From the NCBI RefSeq assembly GCF_009914755.1, contig NC_060947.1: 64,000 nt of DNA; one strand, 5' to 3'. The notes beneath the pieces are model-generated. The model saw only the letters and a list, made by a program, of their open reading frames with translations. It searched no databases and was not told the DNA's origin. This DNA is from the human T2T-CHM13v2.0 reference genome, Homo sapiens. The translations under genes and the position numbers were made by a program. Below, one piece after another: positions 27,411-43,290 of the stretch (positions are counted from its first letter, which is position 1; every line of letters begins with the position of its first letter).

Positions 27411-27879
27411 CTCTTGGCTACACTCACCAGGAATTTAGTCAATTCAAGTTGGAATTGGAGGGGACAAGAAATGCAGGCAGGCTGACACTCCAGGTGAGAT
27501 ATAATAAGCCTTGAATGGGAGCTAGACACAGACCTTACACCCTTCATAAAAATGTTCTTAAAATGGACCACAGACCTAAGTGTAAAATGAAAAACTATAA
27601 AACTCCTGTAAAATAGCATAGGAGAAAATCTGGTTGACCTAGGGTTTAGCAATGACTTTTTAGAAGCAATACCAAAAGTACAACCAATGGAAGAAAGAAT
27701 AGATTAACTGAACTTCATTAAAATTAAAAATTTCTACCCTGTGACAATGTAAAAAGAATGAGAAGATAAGCCACAGACTGAGATAAAATATTAGCAAAGG
27801 ACATTCTGATAGAGAACTTTTATCCAAAATATACAAAGAACTCTTTAAACTCAACAATAAGAAAATAAACCTGATTTTT

Positions 27880-30078
27880 TTTATGTTTTAAATAAATTTT
27901 ATTGTCTATATTAAGGTATACAACACAATGTTAAATGAAACATATATATATATATAGTAAAACTATAGTGGAACAATGAACATACCCATCATCTCACATA
28001 GTTACTGATTATTCCCCCATTGGCAAGAGCAGGTATAATCTACTCATTTAGCAAAAAGTCCTGAACACAATATACAATATGTATTAACTATAGTCCTCAT
28101 GTTGTACATTTGATCTTTGATCTTTTCACTTGTTCATCCTGCATATTTACTACTTTGCATCCTTTGACCTACATCTCATTTCCTCCACCTTATCCTGACC
28201 TTAGTAATTACTGTTTTATTCTCTATCTCTATATATTTAACCTTTTTTTTCTTGATTCCACATATAAGTGAGATCACGCAATATTTTTCTTTCTGTGTCT
28301 GGCTTATTTCATTTAGCATAATGTCTTCTAGGTCTATCCATGTTTTGGCAAATGACAGGACTGCCTTCTTTTTAAAGGCTAAATAATATTCTAATTATCT
28401 ATCTATTGATCTCTCTATATCACAGTTTCTTTATCCATTTGCCCATTGATGAACACCTAGGTTGTGTCTGTATCTTGACTATTGTGAATTGTGCTGCAAT
28501 AAACTTGGGAGTGCAGAGATAATCTCATTCCCTTTGGGGATATACCCAGAAGAGGGATTGCTGGGTCATATGGTAGTTCTATTTTTAATTTACTTAGGAA
28601 CCTCCATACTGTCTTCCATAATGGCTGCACCAATATATAATACATTCCCACTAACAGTGTACAAGTGCTCCCTCTTCTCCACACCCTCACCAACACTTGT
28701 TAGCTCTTGTCTTTTTGATAATAGCTATCCTAACATGTATGAGGTGGTATCTCAAAGTAGTTTTGATTTGCATTTTCCTGATGACTGGTGATATTGAGCA
28801 CCATTTCATATACCTGTTGGTCATTTTCTGTCATCTTTGAAGAAATGTCTATTCAAGTCCTTTCCCCACTTTTTTTTAATCAGGTTATATGTTGTCTTGC
28901 TATTGAGTTGTATGAGTTCTTCCTAAATCCTGAATATTAAAACCTTGCCTGATATATGGTTTGCAAATATTTTCTCCTTATCTGTACATTGCCTTTTCAT
29001 TTTGTTGATTGTTTTCGTTCTGTGTAGAAGTTTTTTAGATTGATATAATTTCATTTATTTATTGTTGCTTTTGTAGCCTGAGGTTTTGGTGTGATATCCA
29101 AGGAAACATTGCCAAAGCCAGTGTCAAGGAGCTTTTCCCTTATGTTTTCTTCTAGATTTATGGCTTCAGGTCTTACATTCAGATCTTTTATCCATTTTGG
29201 ATTGATTTTTGTGTATGGTGTAATGTAAGAGTCTAATTTCATTCTTTTGCATGTGGAAATTCCAGCACCTATTTATTGAAGAGACTACCCTTTTCTCATT
29301 TTGTCTTTTTGGTGCTCTTGTCAAAAATTCATTAACCATACATGTTTGGATTTATTTCTGGCTATTTCACTGTCCTGTGTATCTCTTATGCCAATACTGT
29401 ATTGTTTTGATTACTCTCGTTTTGTAATATAAATTTAAATTGGGAAGTATGATGCCTCCAGGATTTTTTTTTCTCAGAATTGCTTTGGTTATTTGGGATC
29501 TTTTGTGGATCCACAGAAATTGTATGATTTTTTTCTATTTCTGTGAAGAATGCTGATGAGATTTTGATAGGGATTGCATTGAATCTATATATTGCTTTGG
29601 GTAGTATGGACACTTTAACAACATTAATTCTTCCAATCTATGAGCATGGAATATCGTTTTATTTATTTGTGTCCTCTTCAATGTATTTCATCAATGTTTT
29701 GTGGTTTTCAGTGTGCAGGCTATACTGATGCACTTTCATCTTCTTGGTCAAATGTATTCTTAAGTGTTTTATGTTATCATAAATGGGATTGTTTTCTTGA
29801 TTTCTCAGCTAGGTTGTTATTTGTGAATAAAATGGCCATGGATTTTTGTATATTAATTTTATATCCTGCAACTTTACTGAATTCATTTATTAGATCTAAT
29901 AGGTTTTTTTGGTGGAGTCTTTGGAGTTTTCTACACATAGGATCATATGATGTGCAAAGAGAGATCATTTTACTTCTTCCTTTCCAATTTAGATATCTTT
30001 AATTTCTTTTTCTTGTCTAATTGCTCTCTCTTGATAGTACTTCCAGTACTATGTTGAATAGAAGTGGTGGGAGTGGGT
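27880..30078 (-). mobile_element. 5'-truncated L1MA
   Basis: Minus-strand ORF2 relics 28457..28696, 29051..29242 and 29386..29613; approximate TSD AAATAA(AC)CTGATTTTT on both sides. Confidence 0.85.
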
Positions 30079-30178
30079 AATAACTGATTTTTAAATGTAC
30101 AAACATCTGAAAAGGACACCTCACCAAAGAAGATATACATATGGAAAATAGGCATATGAAAAGAAGCTCAAGGTGATA

Positions 30179-31466
30179 TGAGTTGTCTTCCAAAAGGTAA
30201 TGAAAAATGCATATTATGAAAAAATTATGGAGTCCAAATTTTTTATACCAAAATAAGCTCATACTAACTTGTTATAACATGCCTGAACAGGATGTAGTTT
30301 GAGGCACTAAAAAGGTAAGACGTAAGTTTGAAAAGAGCACCTGTCAGAGCAACATAAATTCTACTAAAATTGAAGCAAAACCAAACATCAAATTTAGTGT
30401 GAAGCTTGGGTGGAAGAATGGTAAAATCATTGATGCTTTATGAGAAGTTTATGGGGATGATTCTCCAAAAGAAATCAGCAGTTTGCAAACAGATAACTCA
30501 TTTTAAGAAGGGATGAGATGATGCTGAAGATGAAGCACATAGCAGCAAGCCTTCCACATCGTTTGAAAAAAAAATTGAAAAAAATTATGTCCATGCCTTA
30601 ATTGAAGAAGAACAAGAATTAACAGCACAAACAATAGTCAACACCATAGATATCTAAATTGGCTTAGCTTACACTATTCTGACTGAAAAATTAAAGTTGA
30701 GCAAACTTTCCACTCAATGGGTACCAAAACTGTTGTGCCCAGATCAGCTGCAGACAAGAGCTGAGCTTTCAATGGAAATTTTAACAAGTAGGATCAAGAT
30801 CCTGTAGCAATTTCTTGAAGAATTTTAACAGGAGACAAAACATGGCTTTACCAGTATGATCCTAAAGATAAAGCACAATCAAAGCAATGGCTACCAAGAA
30901 GTGGAAGCGGTCTAGTCAAAGCAAAACTGGACTGGTCAAGAACAAAGCTCATGGCAATAGTCTTTTGGAATGTTAAAGGAATTTTTCTAGTTGGTTTTCT
31001 GGAGGGCCAAAGAACAACAACATCTGCTTATTATGAAAGTGTTTTGAGAAAGCCAAAGCTTTAGCAGAAAAACACCTGGGAAAGCTTCATTAGAGAGTCC
31101 TTCCCCATCACAATGCTTCTGCTTATTCCTCTCATCAAACAAGGGCAATTTTGTGAGAGCTTTGATGGGAAATCATTAGGCATTCATCCACCTTACAGTC
31201 CTGATTTGGCTCCTTCTGACTTCTTTTTGTTTCAAAGTCTTAACAAACCTTTAAATTGCACACATTTTTCTTCAGTTCATAACGTAAAAAAGACTTCATT
31301 GACCTGATTAAATTCTCAGAACCCTCAGTTCCTTAGGGATGAACCAAATGGCTGGTATCATTGCTTACAAAGTATCTTGAACTCGATGGAGCTTATGTTA
31401 AGAAGTTTATATTTTTTACTTTTACCTTTTAGTTCAATTTTTCCATAAATTTTTGAAGTCCCCTCA
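30179..31466 (+). mobile_element. Full-length degenerate Hsmar2 mariner DNA transposon
   Basis: TA at 30177-78 and 31467-68; decayed terminal inverted repeats (TGAGTTGTCTTCCAAAAGG..TTTTGAAGTCCCCTCA); transposase motifs WVPKLL, TGDKTWLYQYDP and HPPYSPDLAPSDFFLF; start codon mutated, many stops and frameshifts. Confidence 0.92.
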
Positions 31467-32719
31467 TACATCATCAGGGAATTGCAAATTAAAACAACAA
31501 TAAGATGCCACTATGCACCTGAAAGAATAGCCAAAATCTATAACACTGACCACACCAAATACTGTAGAGGATGTTTAGCATAAGGAACTCCCAGTCACTG
31601 TTAGTGGAAATGCAAAATGATACAGCCACTTTGGAAGACAGTTTGCAGTTTCCTACAAAACTAAACAGAATTGCTATACTATCTAGCAATTATATTCCTA
31701 GGTATTTAACCAAATGAGTGGAAATTCATGATAACACAAAAACCTGCAAATGAATGTTTATAACAGCTTTATTAATATTGGCCAAAACTTGGAAGCAACC
31801 AAGATGTCCCTCTATAGGTGCATAGATAAACATTTTATGGCCCATCCATAAAATGAAACATTATTCAGCAATAAAAGGAAATGAGGTATAAAGCCATGAA
31901 GAGATATGGGGGAAATTTAAATTCATATTGCTAAGTGAGAGAAGCCAGTTTGTTAGTTTATTTTATAAATCAGGATATGGTTTATTTTGGTGAATATTCC
32001 ATGTGTACTTGCAAAAATTGTGAATTCTACCACTTTTGGTTATAGTGGTCTATAAATGTCCATTAGGACAAGTTTATCCTAGTGTTGTTCAGATCTATCC
32101 TTGTTAACTTTTTAGCTAATTTATTTAGCTAAAATTAATTTTTTAGCTAACTTTTATTAATTATTAAGAGTAAAGCATTTAAATCCCAAATATAATTGTG
32201 GATTTGTCAATTTCCCCTTGCAGTTATGTCAATTTTTACTTCCGGTATTGTTATGTCTTTATCAGGGGGCAATTCACCAAGCAGTGCCCTCTTTCTCTCT
32301 GATAATATTGCTTCTTTTGAAGTCCACTTTTGTTTATATTAATATTGTCATTCCAACTTTTTTTTGACTAGAGTTTGCACAATATATTATCCCTTTCTTT
32401 TTATTTACAGTGAGTTACGGGTAGAAAGCATATATTTGGGTCTCTAGGAAGAATTGAATATTTAATACCTTGTGACTATATAAGATTTCTATTTTTTCTT
32501 GAGTAGGTTTTGATAATTTATATTTTGCTAGGAATTTGTCTATTTTCTCTAAACTTTCAAACCCTATTGGCATAAATTGTTAACACTGTCCCTTAATCTT
32601 TTTAATCTTTATGGTGTTTTTCAATATGCTCCCCCTTTTCTTTCATAATATTATTTCTATATACTTTTCTTTTTGTCTTGATTAATCGGCCAAATGTTTG
32701 TCTATTTTATTACAAAACT

Positions 32720-34275
<1,556 letters not shown>

Positions 34276-37200
34276 TGAAGTTTCTGTTGGTAGGACAGCA
34301 GTAGAGGCCATGGGTCATGACAATCTTCTCACGTCAGTCAGCCGAGGCATCACCATCCTGTCCTTAATGGCCTTAGCAGGTCCGGGGGCTATGTGGTTCC
34401 CAATCCACGTGCAGGTGACAGTGTTGCAGGCATAGGGCCAGGGGCCAAGAACCAAGAGCCTGACGGTACAAGCAACATGTACTCGGTGATTCAGGTGGGT
34501 AAGGAGAAGTATGCCACCTCAGTGTCAGAGGAGGAGGCCACCTTTGAGGTGCTGCTGCTACTGTACTTGGGCTTCGCCGAGGTGTACCTGCAGGACCTGC
34601 ACCCAGACTAGGGGAGCAGGAAGATGCGGTGGTATACCTTGAAATCCAAACCAGGAGAGAAGGATAAAGAGGAGAAATTGAGGTTGACATCCAGCTTATG
34701 AGAAACAACATGACTGCCAGTATGTTTGACCTTTTCATCAAAGACAAGCCTCGGAATCCATTTGGAAAACTTTAAGACAAGATCAAGGGGAAGAATATGG
34801 ATAGTGCATCAGGTGCTGCCTCCAACATAGTCTCCAGCACTACACCTTCAGTCAAAAGTGATGATTAGTCTTCGTCCAAAGACAAGAAGGATCAAGACCT
34901 TGTTTTCCAAGTCTAATTTGCAGAAATTTCCTGATCCATGATTGCCCTGTAGACATCAAAGCTAAAATGCTGCCTCAACTGGGAGACTTTCAGTCCCGGT
35001 GGGACAATGACAACAATGAGAGGGACTCCTCTTCAGCTTCAGATGTCATGTCTCACAAGACAACAGCAAGTACATATCTTAAGCAGCTAAACGAAATCAA
35101 TGTCACCCTTCCCAAAATGGAAGGACTTTCCTTTGAGGGTCTTCGGTCTATGAACGAAGTCCTTTCCCACTCTAATGTCTGTATCAATGGGAACCATGTT
35201 TAACTGGAGCAGCCAGAAGCCAAGGGTGAGAACAAGTATAGCAGTCCTTCTTCCTACCTGAAGCCCCAGGGCTTCAGGAAGAAACATTTGTTCTCATCTA
35301 CCAAAAACCTGGCTGCTCAGTCTTGGAAGTAACCTGGGGAAGGAAGTGGGATGTCTCATGACAGGTGGCTCTTTGAGTCTTCTACCAAGAACTCTCTGAA
35401 GTCCATGTCTCCGCCATCCTACCAACCACTGTTCTGTGGGGACATTAGAGAAAACATGGCTCCAGCAAACTTGGAAGCTGCAAAAGAAACCAAAGAGAGC
35501 AAGAAGCAGAATAACGAGAGTCTTCTTTGCTTTCTCGGGTGACGGGGAAGAAGGACATGGCTAAGAACAGTGAAGGTGAAAACCCTCTTACCATCCTGGA
35601 GAAGAAGGAAGGCATGCTTATGGAGGTCAAGCCGGGTAGCATGCTTCAGGGCCTGTTAAAGACCTTACGAGAAGATTGGAGAAAGATATTGCAGCTATTG
35701 TCTCCAGAAGGGGTAACTCCCTGAACCCCTTTGAAGATGTGCAGATCACAGAACCAAAAACTGACCCAGAATCCAAGTCTGAACAGAATCACCAATTCTC
35801 TCTGTGATGGCTCCAAAAACCAGAGCTGTCAAACCTTGACTTCATCCTGTGAAGCCAATGAACACAATGGCCACCAAGATTGCTATCTCTAGCTTGGGAA
35901 CTGCCACCATCATCAGTGAGAACTTGATCAACAAGACCACGATCAAGAAAACCCCTCAGATTCTGCTTTTGCCTATGCACAGCTAACCCAGAATGAGCTT
36001 ATCCAGCTGCTCCTCAAACAGAAGAAAACAATAATAATAATAATAAGAGGGATTTCCAGGATCCTGAGCTGGAAGACTATACTGACAACCTGCCAATCAG
36101 TCATGGAAGAAACCCCCACGCTCCACATTCTGGCTCAGGTTAGCAAAAAATGCGGGAAAGATGTAAATCACCAGAATTAAACACGGGCATGTTTCCGTGA
36201 GTTTGTTTCCACCTGTTCTTGAGGTAAAGGACTCGCTATGCCTCATAACCAGCTAGCAGGTTCCGAATCACCATCTCCCTCGCATGTTATCTGGCAAGAG
36301 TCAATTCTACCAATTGAAGCCAGGTTAATAATTACAGTGAATCTTTTACCATGGGTCCCCAAGACTTTATTTTTAAATGCCACTGTGCCTTTAACTAGAT
36401 TGTAAATATTTTATGGCCACCAGAGACGTGATCCTAAGTTCTGATCCTGAGCCAGAGATTCAGATGTCACAGGAGGTATTAATGTATTTCAACACTGAAG
36501 TTTTCTTTCTTTCATATTGAGATTTTTTTCAATATGTATCCTCCAGCTATTAAAACTTACCTGAGAAAGCTTTAAATAAGAAAAGGACCATGCAATAGTT
36601 GCTGTGTTACATACATGTACTTTCTCAGCTTTTGAGTAGCACAGGTGTGGCTTTTGGCTGCAGATGCTAAATTTTTGATACCATGTAAATGTACTCAACT
36701 TCTCAGACTTGGGTCTTGTTTTTTGTTTTTGTTTTTGTTTTTTGTTTTTTTTTTTTTTTTAATGGGAGCCAAAATGTTTAGAGAAAGCTTCTGGGTGTGC
36801 CTTTCAGATTTTGAACAAGCTGCCTTGTCTAAACATCAATTTCTACTACTCTGTAGCCTTAAAATGTGCTCTATTTAGATCCACAGGACCCTTCTACTGG
36901 TGATATGAAAAACAGAATACAGAAATTAAGAGAATCACTTTTTACTCAACAATTAGGGGAAGTAAGTCAAAGCCCTCCTCTTGCGACAGCAGATTTCCTG
37001 CGGGCCACCTGTTCAGCGCCTTGATAGGGGATAGGGTGATCAAAGCACTCACGAAAACAGTTCATTCAGGTATGGAATGTCAGAATTCCTTTGGCCATTT
37101 TCTCCTGACTCTTTGCTAGGTCCCCTGGTTTCCTTGGCAGCACTTCTTGGATGGAGGACAGGGTCCACCAACTTCTCAAGACATTGAGTCTTGAGACACA

Positions 37201-37494
37201 AGAAACCACAGACTTCAACCCTGAAGGGCCTAACTCTGTCCATATGTCTGTCCTTTGAATACTTCCTGTCCCTGCCTAAAAGGAAACCCAAATTGTTTCT
37301 AGGATACTGGTGAAGTTGTAGTGAGGGGCTTAATGCAGTTAATAATCTAAAAGCCAGCAGAAAACCAAAATGCCTCAGCCTTAAATGGTTGTTTCTTTTT
37401 TATTTTCCATAATGAATAGACTCACAGGCATTTTACCCCCTTATTATAAAATTGTGAAGAGAAAGAAGATGACACACTTTTGGACGCTGTATTT

Positions 37495-37793
37495 TATGTA
37501 TTTATTTTTGAGACAGAGTCTTGCTCTCCTCGCCCAGGCTGGAGTGCAGTGGCACAATCACAGCTCACTGTAGCTTTGGCCTGCTGGGCTCAGGCAATCC
37601 TCCTACGTCAGCCCTCCAGGTACCTGGAACCACAGGTATATGCCACCATGCCCAGCTTTTTAAAATTATTTTTGTAGAGATGGGGGTCTCCCTATTTTGT
37701 TCAGGCTGGTCTTGAACTCCTGGGTTTAAGCAGTCCTCTCACCTCGGCCTCTCAAAATGCTGAGATTATAGGCATGAGCCACCACATGCAGCC
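37495..37793 (-). mobile_element. Alu (old, AluJ-like) in the pseudogene 3'UTR
   Basis: Antisense dimer. Confidence 0.9.
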
Positions 37794-39608
37794 AATTGCT
37801 ATGTTTTTAAAACTAGATTTATAGACATATTTTTTAAAAGCTAGGGCACTTTTCCCCTTAACTAAAAGCACTAGTTCAGTTCTTCAGGTAATTTCATTGG
37901 AACTCACCTAAGACTGGAATTGGAATGTTTCCATGTTGCTCATTTTTTCTACAGGTTATGATAGAATCTCATTAAATCTTGACATCTCTCCCAGGGGAAG
38001 AATATCACAGGCCAGTGGTGTGAATGGGGTATGAGATGATAGCATTTACTAAATCGGTAATCTCTTTTATGTATGTTCTTGTTATATTGAGGTTAAGAGG
38101 CAAGATGATTGGCAGCAGAATTCTTCAGGATTTTGTTTGCTGTGGTATGGATTATATTGGAGCACCTTAATCTGAAGGATGAAACTGTGACTTGATTTAT
38201 CTAATTAGCTTTTAATTACCTATAGCTATTTTATTTTATTCTCTCCTATAGTTTTGGGGACCACTGTAAACGTCTCTCAGATGACTTGTATTTTTGTAGT
38301 GCTATGAAATTTATTTACACACTTAAAAACTGTATATTCACTTGAACTCTAACAATGTACATGTATATGTATATATTTGCTCCACATTATGTTTTTTACT
38401 TTATATAAACGTATTTTTATTGTGATAACCCAAGTGTGCCATGGGGGCATGTGTACTCTTAATGGTTGGAGAGCTGGTGTGGAAAACTGGTGTGGAAACC
38501 CGCATTTTTCATTAGGGTGGTTGGCTTCAAGATATCTGCTGCTAGAAACTGGGGTGCGTGACTCAGTGTGAGAGGAATATCTGGGTGGAAGAGTGAATTC
38601 CTGTGCTCTGAAATGCCACTTGGGAACTCTGGAGAATGAAGGACAATTGACTTCAAGGTGTCTGGCTTCTGCCACTGCTGGAAAAAAATTCAGTTTATAG
38701 CATTTCTGCATTTCCCAAAGTAGATAACCTGGAGGTTATTCAATAAATAACTGTCCCCGAGGACTCAATTTTGGGGGAGGGATTATCTAGGAGAAGCTTT
38801 ACCCTGCTCTGAGCCATCAGCAGAATTTGGTGAATTGGAGCACAGGAGAATCCTACAAATGGAGTATGTCTCAGGGCATACATCAGCTATACAAGAGAGC
38901 TGGGACTTGCCTCTAGCTTCTGCAGGCACTTACCTGATGGGCCCTGGGGGGGGGGAGGGGTGGCCTGGAGGAGCCAGAACAACTCTTGGCCTCACCTCTC
39001 TGCTTCCAGAAAGAGTATTCAGGACTTGAGGGAAGCATCAGATTAAATACCAGTGAACAGTTCGAGGTCAACTTCGAGGTCAGCTTCCTGAAGTGTCAAT
39101 CCTTTTCCCAATTGTTTCAATAACTCTTATTCCTTGCACTTTGGCAGATGTCCTGCCCTCCTCTTTCATTCCAGTATGTTAACCTCATCAAGGCAGCAAA
39201 GTGGAAGAGAAAGCAAGTCTGCCCTTTGCCATACTGAACAGCTATGGACCCTGAGGGGTAGTACACATGCCTGTAAGAATGAGATACAAGTGTGTGCTTT
39301 CCAGCTTTGCTAACAGTGGGAGTTCAAAGGCGCAGAGAGGGAGGAAGGTCCATGACACTCAGCCACATAGTGTAGGGAGGCAATTTAATATTAAGTGATG
39401 CACCATCCTCCCTCCCTAGGTGCCTTCTCCCAATCAAACTTTTTCCTTTTTTCAAGATGACTAATTATCCCTCAAGAACAATTAATTATCCCTTAATTGC
39501 CTTAGGTGGAGAACTTAACTCCTAGAAGCCACATCAACCAACCTCAACTCTGGTTTGTCCATATCTACTGTGTGAGCTACTTAACTGACTCCTCCTCTCT
39601 CCAACTGA

Positions 39609-39954
<346 letters not shown>

Positions 39955-39974
39955 ACGTTTTAAGAAGTAACCTG

Positions 39975-40312
39975 GGCTCAGTGCAGTGGCTTGCGCCTGT
40001 AGACGCAGCACTTTGGGAGGCCTAGGTGGGTGGATCTCTTGAGCCCAGGAGTTTGAGACCAGCTTGGGCAACATGGCAAAACCCTGTCTCTACAAAAAGT
40101 AAAAAATTAGCCAGGCATGGTAGTGCATGCCTGTTGTCCCAACTACTCAGGAGGCTGAGGCAGGAGGATCACTTGAGCCAAGGAAGTTAAGGCTGCAGTG
40201 GGCCATGATCACACCACTATACTCCACTCCCATCCAGGTTGGGTGACAGAGTGAGAGAAAAAGGAAAGGAAAAAGGAAAAAGGGGGAAAAAAAAAGGAAA
40301 GGAAAAAGGGGA
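39975..40312 (+). mobile_element. Alu with GA-rich tail
   Basis: GGGCTCAGTGCAGTGGC..GACAGAGTGAGA followed by a purine tract. Confidence 0.9.
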
Positions 40313-40333
40313 AAGAACCTACAACCTCACAGG

Positions 40334-40556
40334 TTTTTCTTTTTGTTATTGTTGTTTTTGAGGCAGAGTCTCACTCTATCGCTCAGACGAGAGTGCAGTG
40401 GTACGATCTCGGCTCACTGGTACCTCTGCCACCGAGTTCAAGGGATCCTCCTGCCTCAGCCTCCCAAGTAGCTGGGATTACAGGCATGCACCACCACACC
40501 TGGCAAATTGTCATAATTTTTTGTGAAGATGGGGTTTCACCATGTTGGCCAGGCTG
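40334..40556 (-). mobile_element. Alu, 5'-truncated
   Basis: T-rich tail, GAGGCAGAGTCTCACTC..GGCCAGGCTG. Confidence 0.88.
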
Positions 40557-40739
40557 CCTAGGTTTTGTTTTTAAGAAGTAACCTGAAATTTCCTACAACA
40601 CTGAATAAAGTGGTACTACTTCCCCCCACCACCCCTCCCCCAAAAAACAAACAAACAACAACAAAAAAAGCCATGAATTTTCTATGGGAATGAATATACC
40701 TTAATAAAGAAAATCAAGCAATACAATGGGCTACAATGA

Positions 40740-43290
40740 CTGACTAAGAAAAACACATGATTATCTTAATGGATACAGAAAAAGTATTTAACAAAATTGA
40801 AATATCAACTCATGATCTTAAAACAATTCTGAACAATCTAGTAATCGTAGGAAATTTTCTTAAACTGATAAAGAATATCTACAAAAAACCTATAGCTAAC
40901 ATCATACTTAATGAAATACTAAATGCTTCCCCCCAGCCACACTAAGATCAGAGACTTGGCAAATACGTGTGCTCCAAACATTCCCTTTTAACTTCTTACT
41001 GCAAGTCTTAGCCAACGCAGTATTTCAAGAAGACATAAAAGGCAAGCAAATTGGAAAGGAAGAAATTAAACTATCCATATTCACATGTAAATAGTAAACT
41101 ATACAGACACCACTGTATGTAGAAAATGCCAAGAAATATACATAAAAGTTCATATAATAAATGAGTTTAGCAAAGTTGCAGGATACAAGGTCAACATACC
41201 AAAAGTGACTTTCAGATGCATATACCCCTATTTGGTGTTCAATCACATCAGTGTGTTCTCTCTATAAAAGATGATGCTATTAATATTCCCACTCTGCCCT
41301 TCCTACACACTTCCTCTTCTGTCCCCATATACTGTCTACTACATTTTTACCTTTATATTATCAAGGTAAAAATTGTTACCTTTACCTTTACATTTACATC
41401 GTCCCAATTGTCAACATTTTTAATCATTGTGTTGTCTAAATGTGGTTTATTAAATTGAAAAACAATAAACGCCATTACATTTTTAAAAAGTGATTTTATT
41501 TCTATATACTAGTAATGAATGTTTGAAAATTTAAAAACCACTACCATTGACAACAGTAGAAAATATATAAAATATTTGGTATAAATATAAAATATGTCCA
41601 GGATCTGTATGCTGAAAGTGGAAAAAAAAGCAAGACCAAAATAAATATACAGCTATATCATGTTTGTGGCCTAAAGACAAAATATTGTGAGGATGTAAAT
41701 TTTCTTCAAATTCATCTATAGTTCTAACTCAACAGATATACTAGCAGAATTTTTTATAGAAAGCAACAATTCTAAAATTTCTGGAAAAGCAAAGTAGTAA
41801 TCAACACGATTTTTGAGACGGACGAAGTTGTACACACTATCTAATTTTAAGACTTCCTATGATTAGGAAAGTGTGGTATTTGTGAATGGATAACAATGGA
41901 ACAGAATAGGCAGCCCAGAATTAGACCCAAACAAATATAATCAATTGATTTTTTGACAGAAGTGCAAAAGCAATGCAATAAAAAAGAAACAATCTTTTCA
42001 ACAAATGGTACTAGAACAATTAGATAGCCATATTTTAAAAACTGAACCTTGACCCATAGCTAAACTTTATACAAACCTTTATTCAAAAAGTATCATAGAT
42101 ATAAATGTAAAACTTAAAACTATAAAATTCCTGGATGAAAATAATATATAATCTTCATGACATTGGGTTAGACAAGTGTTCTTACATTGCACATCAAAAG
42201 TAAAAAAATTGATAAAGTGAATTGTATCAAAATTAAAATTTTTGCTCTAAAAAAGTCAGTGTTCAAAGAATGAAAAGACAAGTCACAGACTAGGAAAATC
42301 TATTTCCAAATAATGTATCTGACAAAGGATTTGTATCAATATATTAAAAAACATATAAAAACAGTAAGAAAAGGAATAATCCAATAAAAAGGGGAGCAAA
42401 AGATCTGAACAGACACTTTGCAAGAATATATCATCTTTAACTGTAAGATCATCATAAGGTTTGAGGTGATATCCTGATTTGATCATTATACAATGTACAC
42501 ATGTACTGAAACATCACAATGTATCCCATAAATAATTATGTGTCAATTATAAACAAATAAAAGATAATACCATATATCATTGGGGAATTACAAATTCTAA
42601 CAATGATTAAAATTTAAATGAATATATATATATATTTACATACATATATATGTATAATACAAAATTACTAAATACTGGTAAAGATACAAAGCTACTGGAA
42701 CTCTCACATATTTGTAATTGGAATGCAAAATGCTAGGGAAACTTTAGAAAACAGTCTGGCACTCATTCCCACTCCAAAGCATTTACCCTATAAAAATGAG
42801 CATTTATCACACAAAACTTATACCTGAAAGTTTATAGCAAATTTGTTCATATTCACCAAAACTAGAAACATCTTACAAGTTCATCAGTTAGTGAATGGAT
42901 AATAAAACTGTGGTACATCCACACAATGAAGTACTACTCAGTGATAAAAAGGAATGAAATAATTATCCACAAAACATGGGAGAATCTTGACTGCGTTTTA
43001 CTAAGTGAAAGAAGCCAGACCAAAAGGGCTACATATTGCTTGATTCCACTTATATGACCTTCTGGAAAAGGCAAAACCATAGGGATGAAGAATAAATTGA
43101 TGGTTTCCAGAGATTGAGTATGGGGTAAGGGGTTGAATACAAAAAGAGCCACCAAGAGAAATTATTAAAGTGACAGAACTTCTCTGTATGGTACTAGTGT
43201 AGAAGATACATGACTGTGCATTTGTCAAAACCCATAGAACCATATACTAAAAAGAGTGAATTTTACTGTGTGTAAATTAGAAATAAAAAT
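40740..43290 (+). mobile_element. Old L1 (L1MC/ME-type) ORF2 to 3'UTR with small insertions
   Basis: ORF 40757..40945 (MIILMDTEKVFNKI..NFLKLIKNIYKKPIANIILN) is L1 RT; 3' end near GTGAATTTTACTGTGTGTAAATT. Confidence 0.75.

Larger units (their letters stand above)
27520..31950 (+). mobile_element. L1MB/MC 3' portion, split by an antisense L1MA and by Hsmar2
   Basis: Collinear pieces 27520-27875, 30080-30178 and 31469-31950. Confidence 0.7.

Noticed and set aside
37442-37449. miR-374-5p 8mer site TATTATAA in the RAB11FIP1 pseudogene UTR
   Set aside because: An all-AT 8-mer is expected by chance in several kb of AT-rich DNA; not evidence of a sponge.
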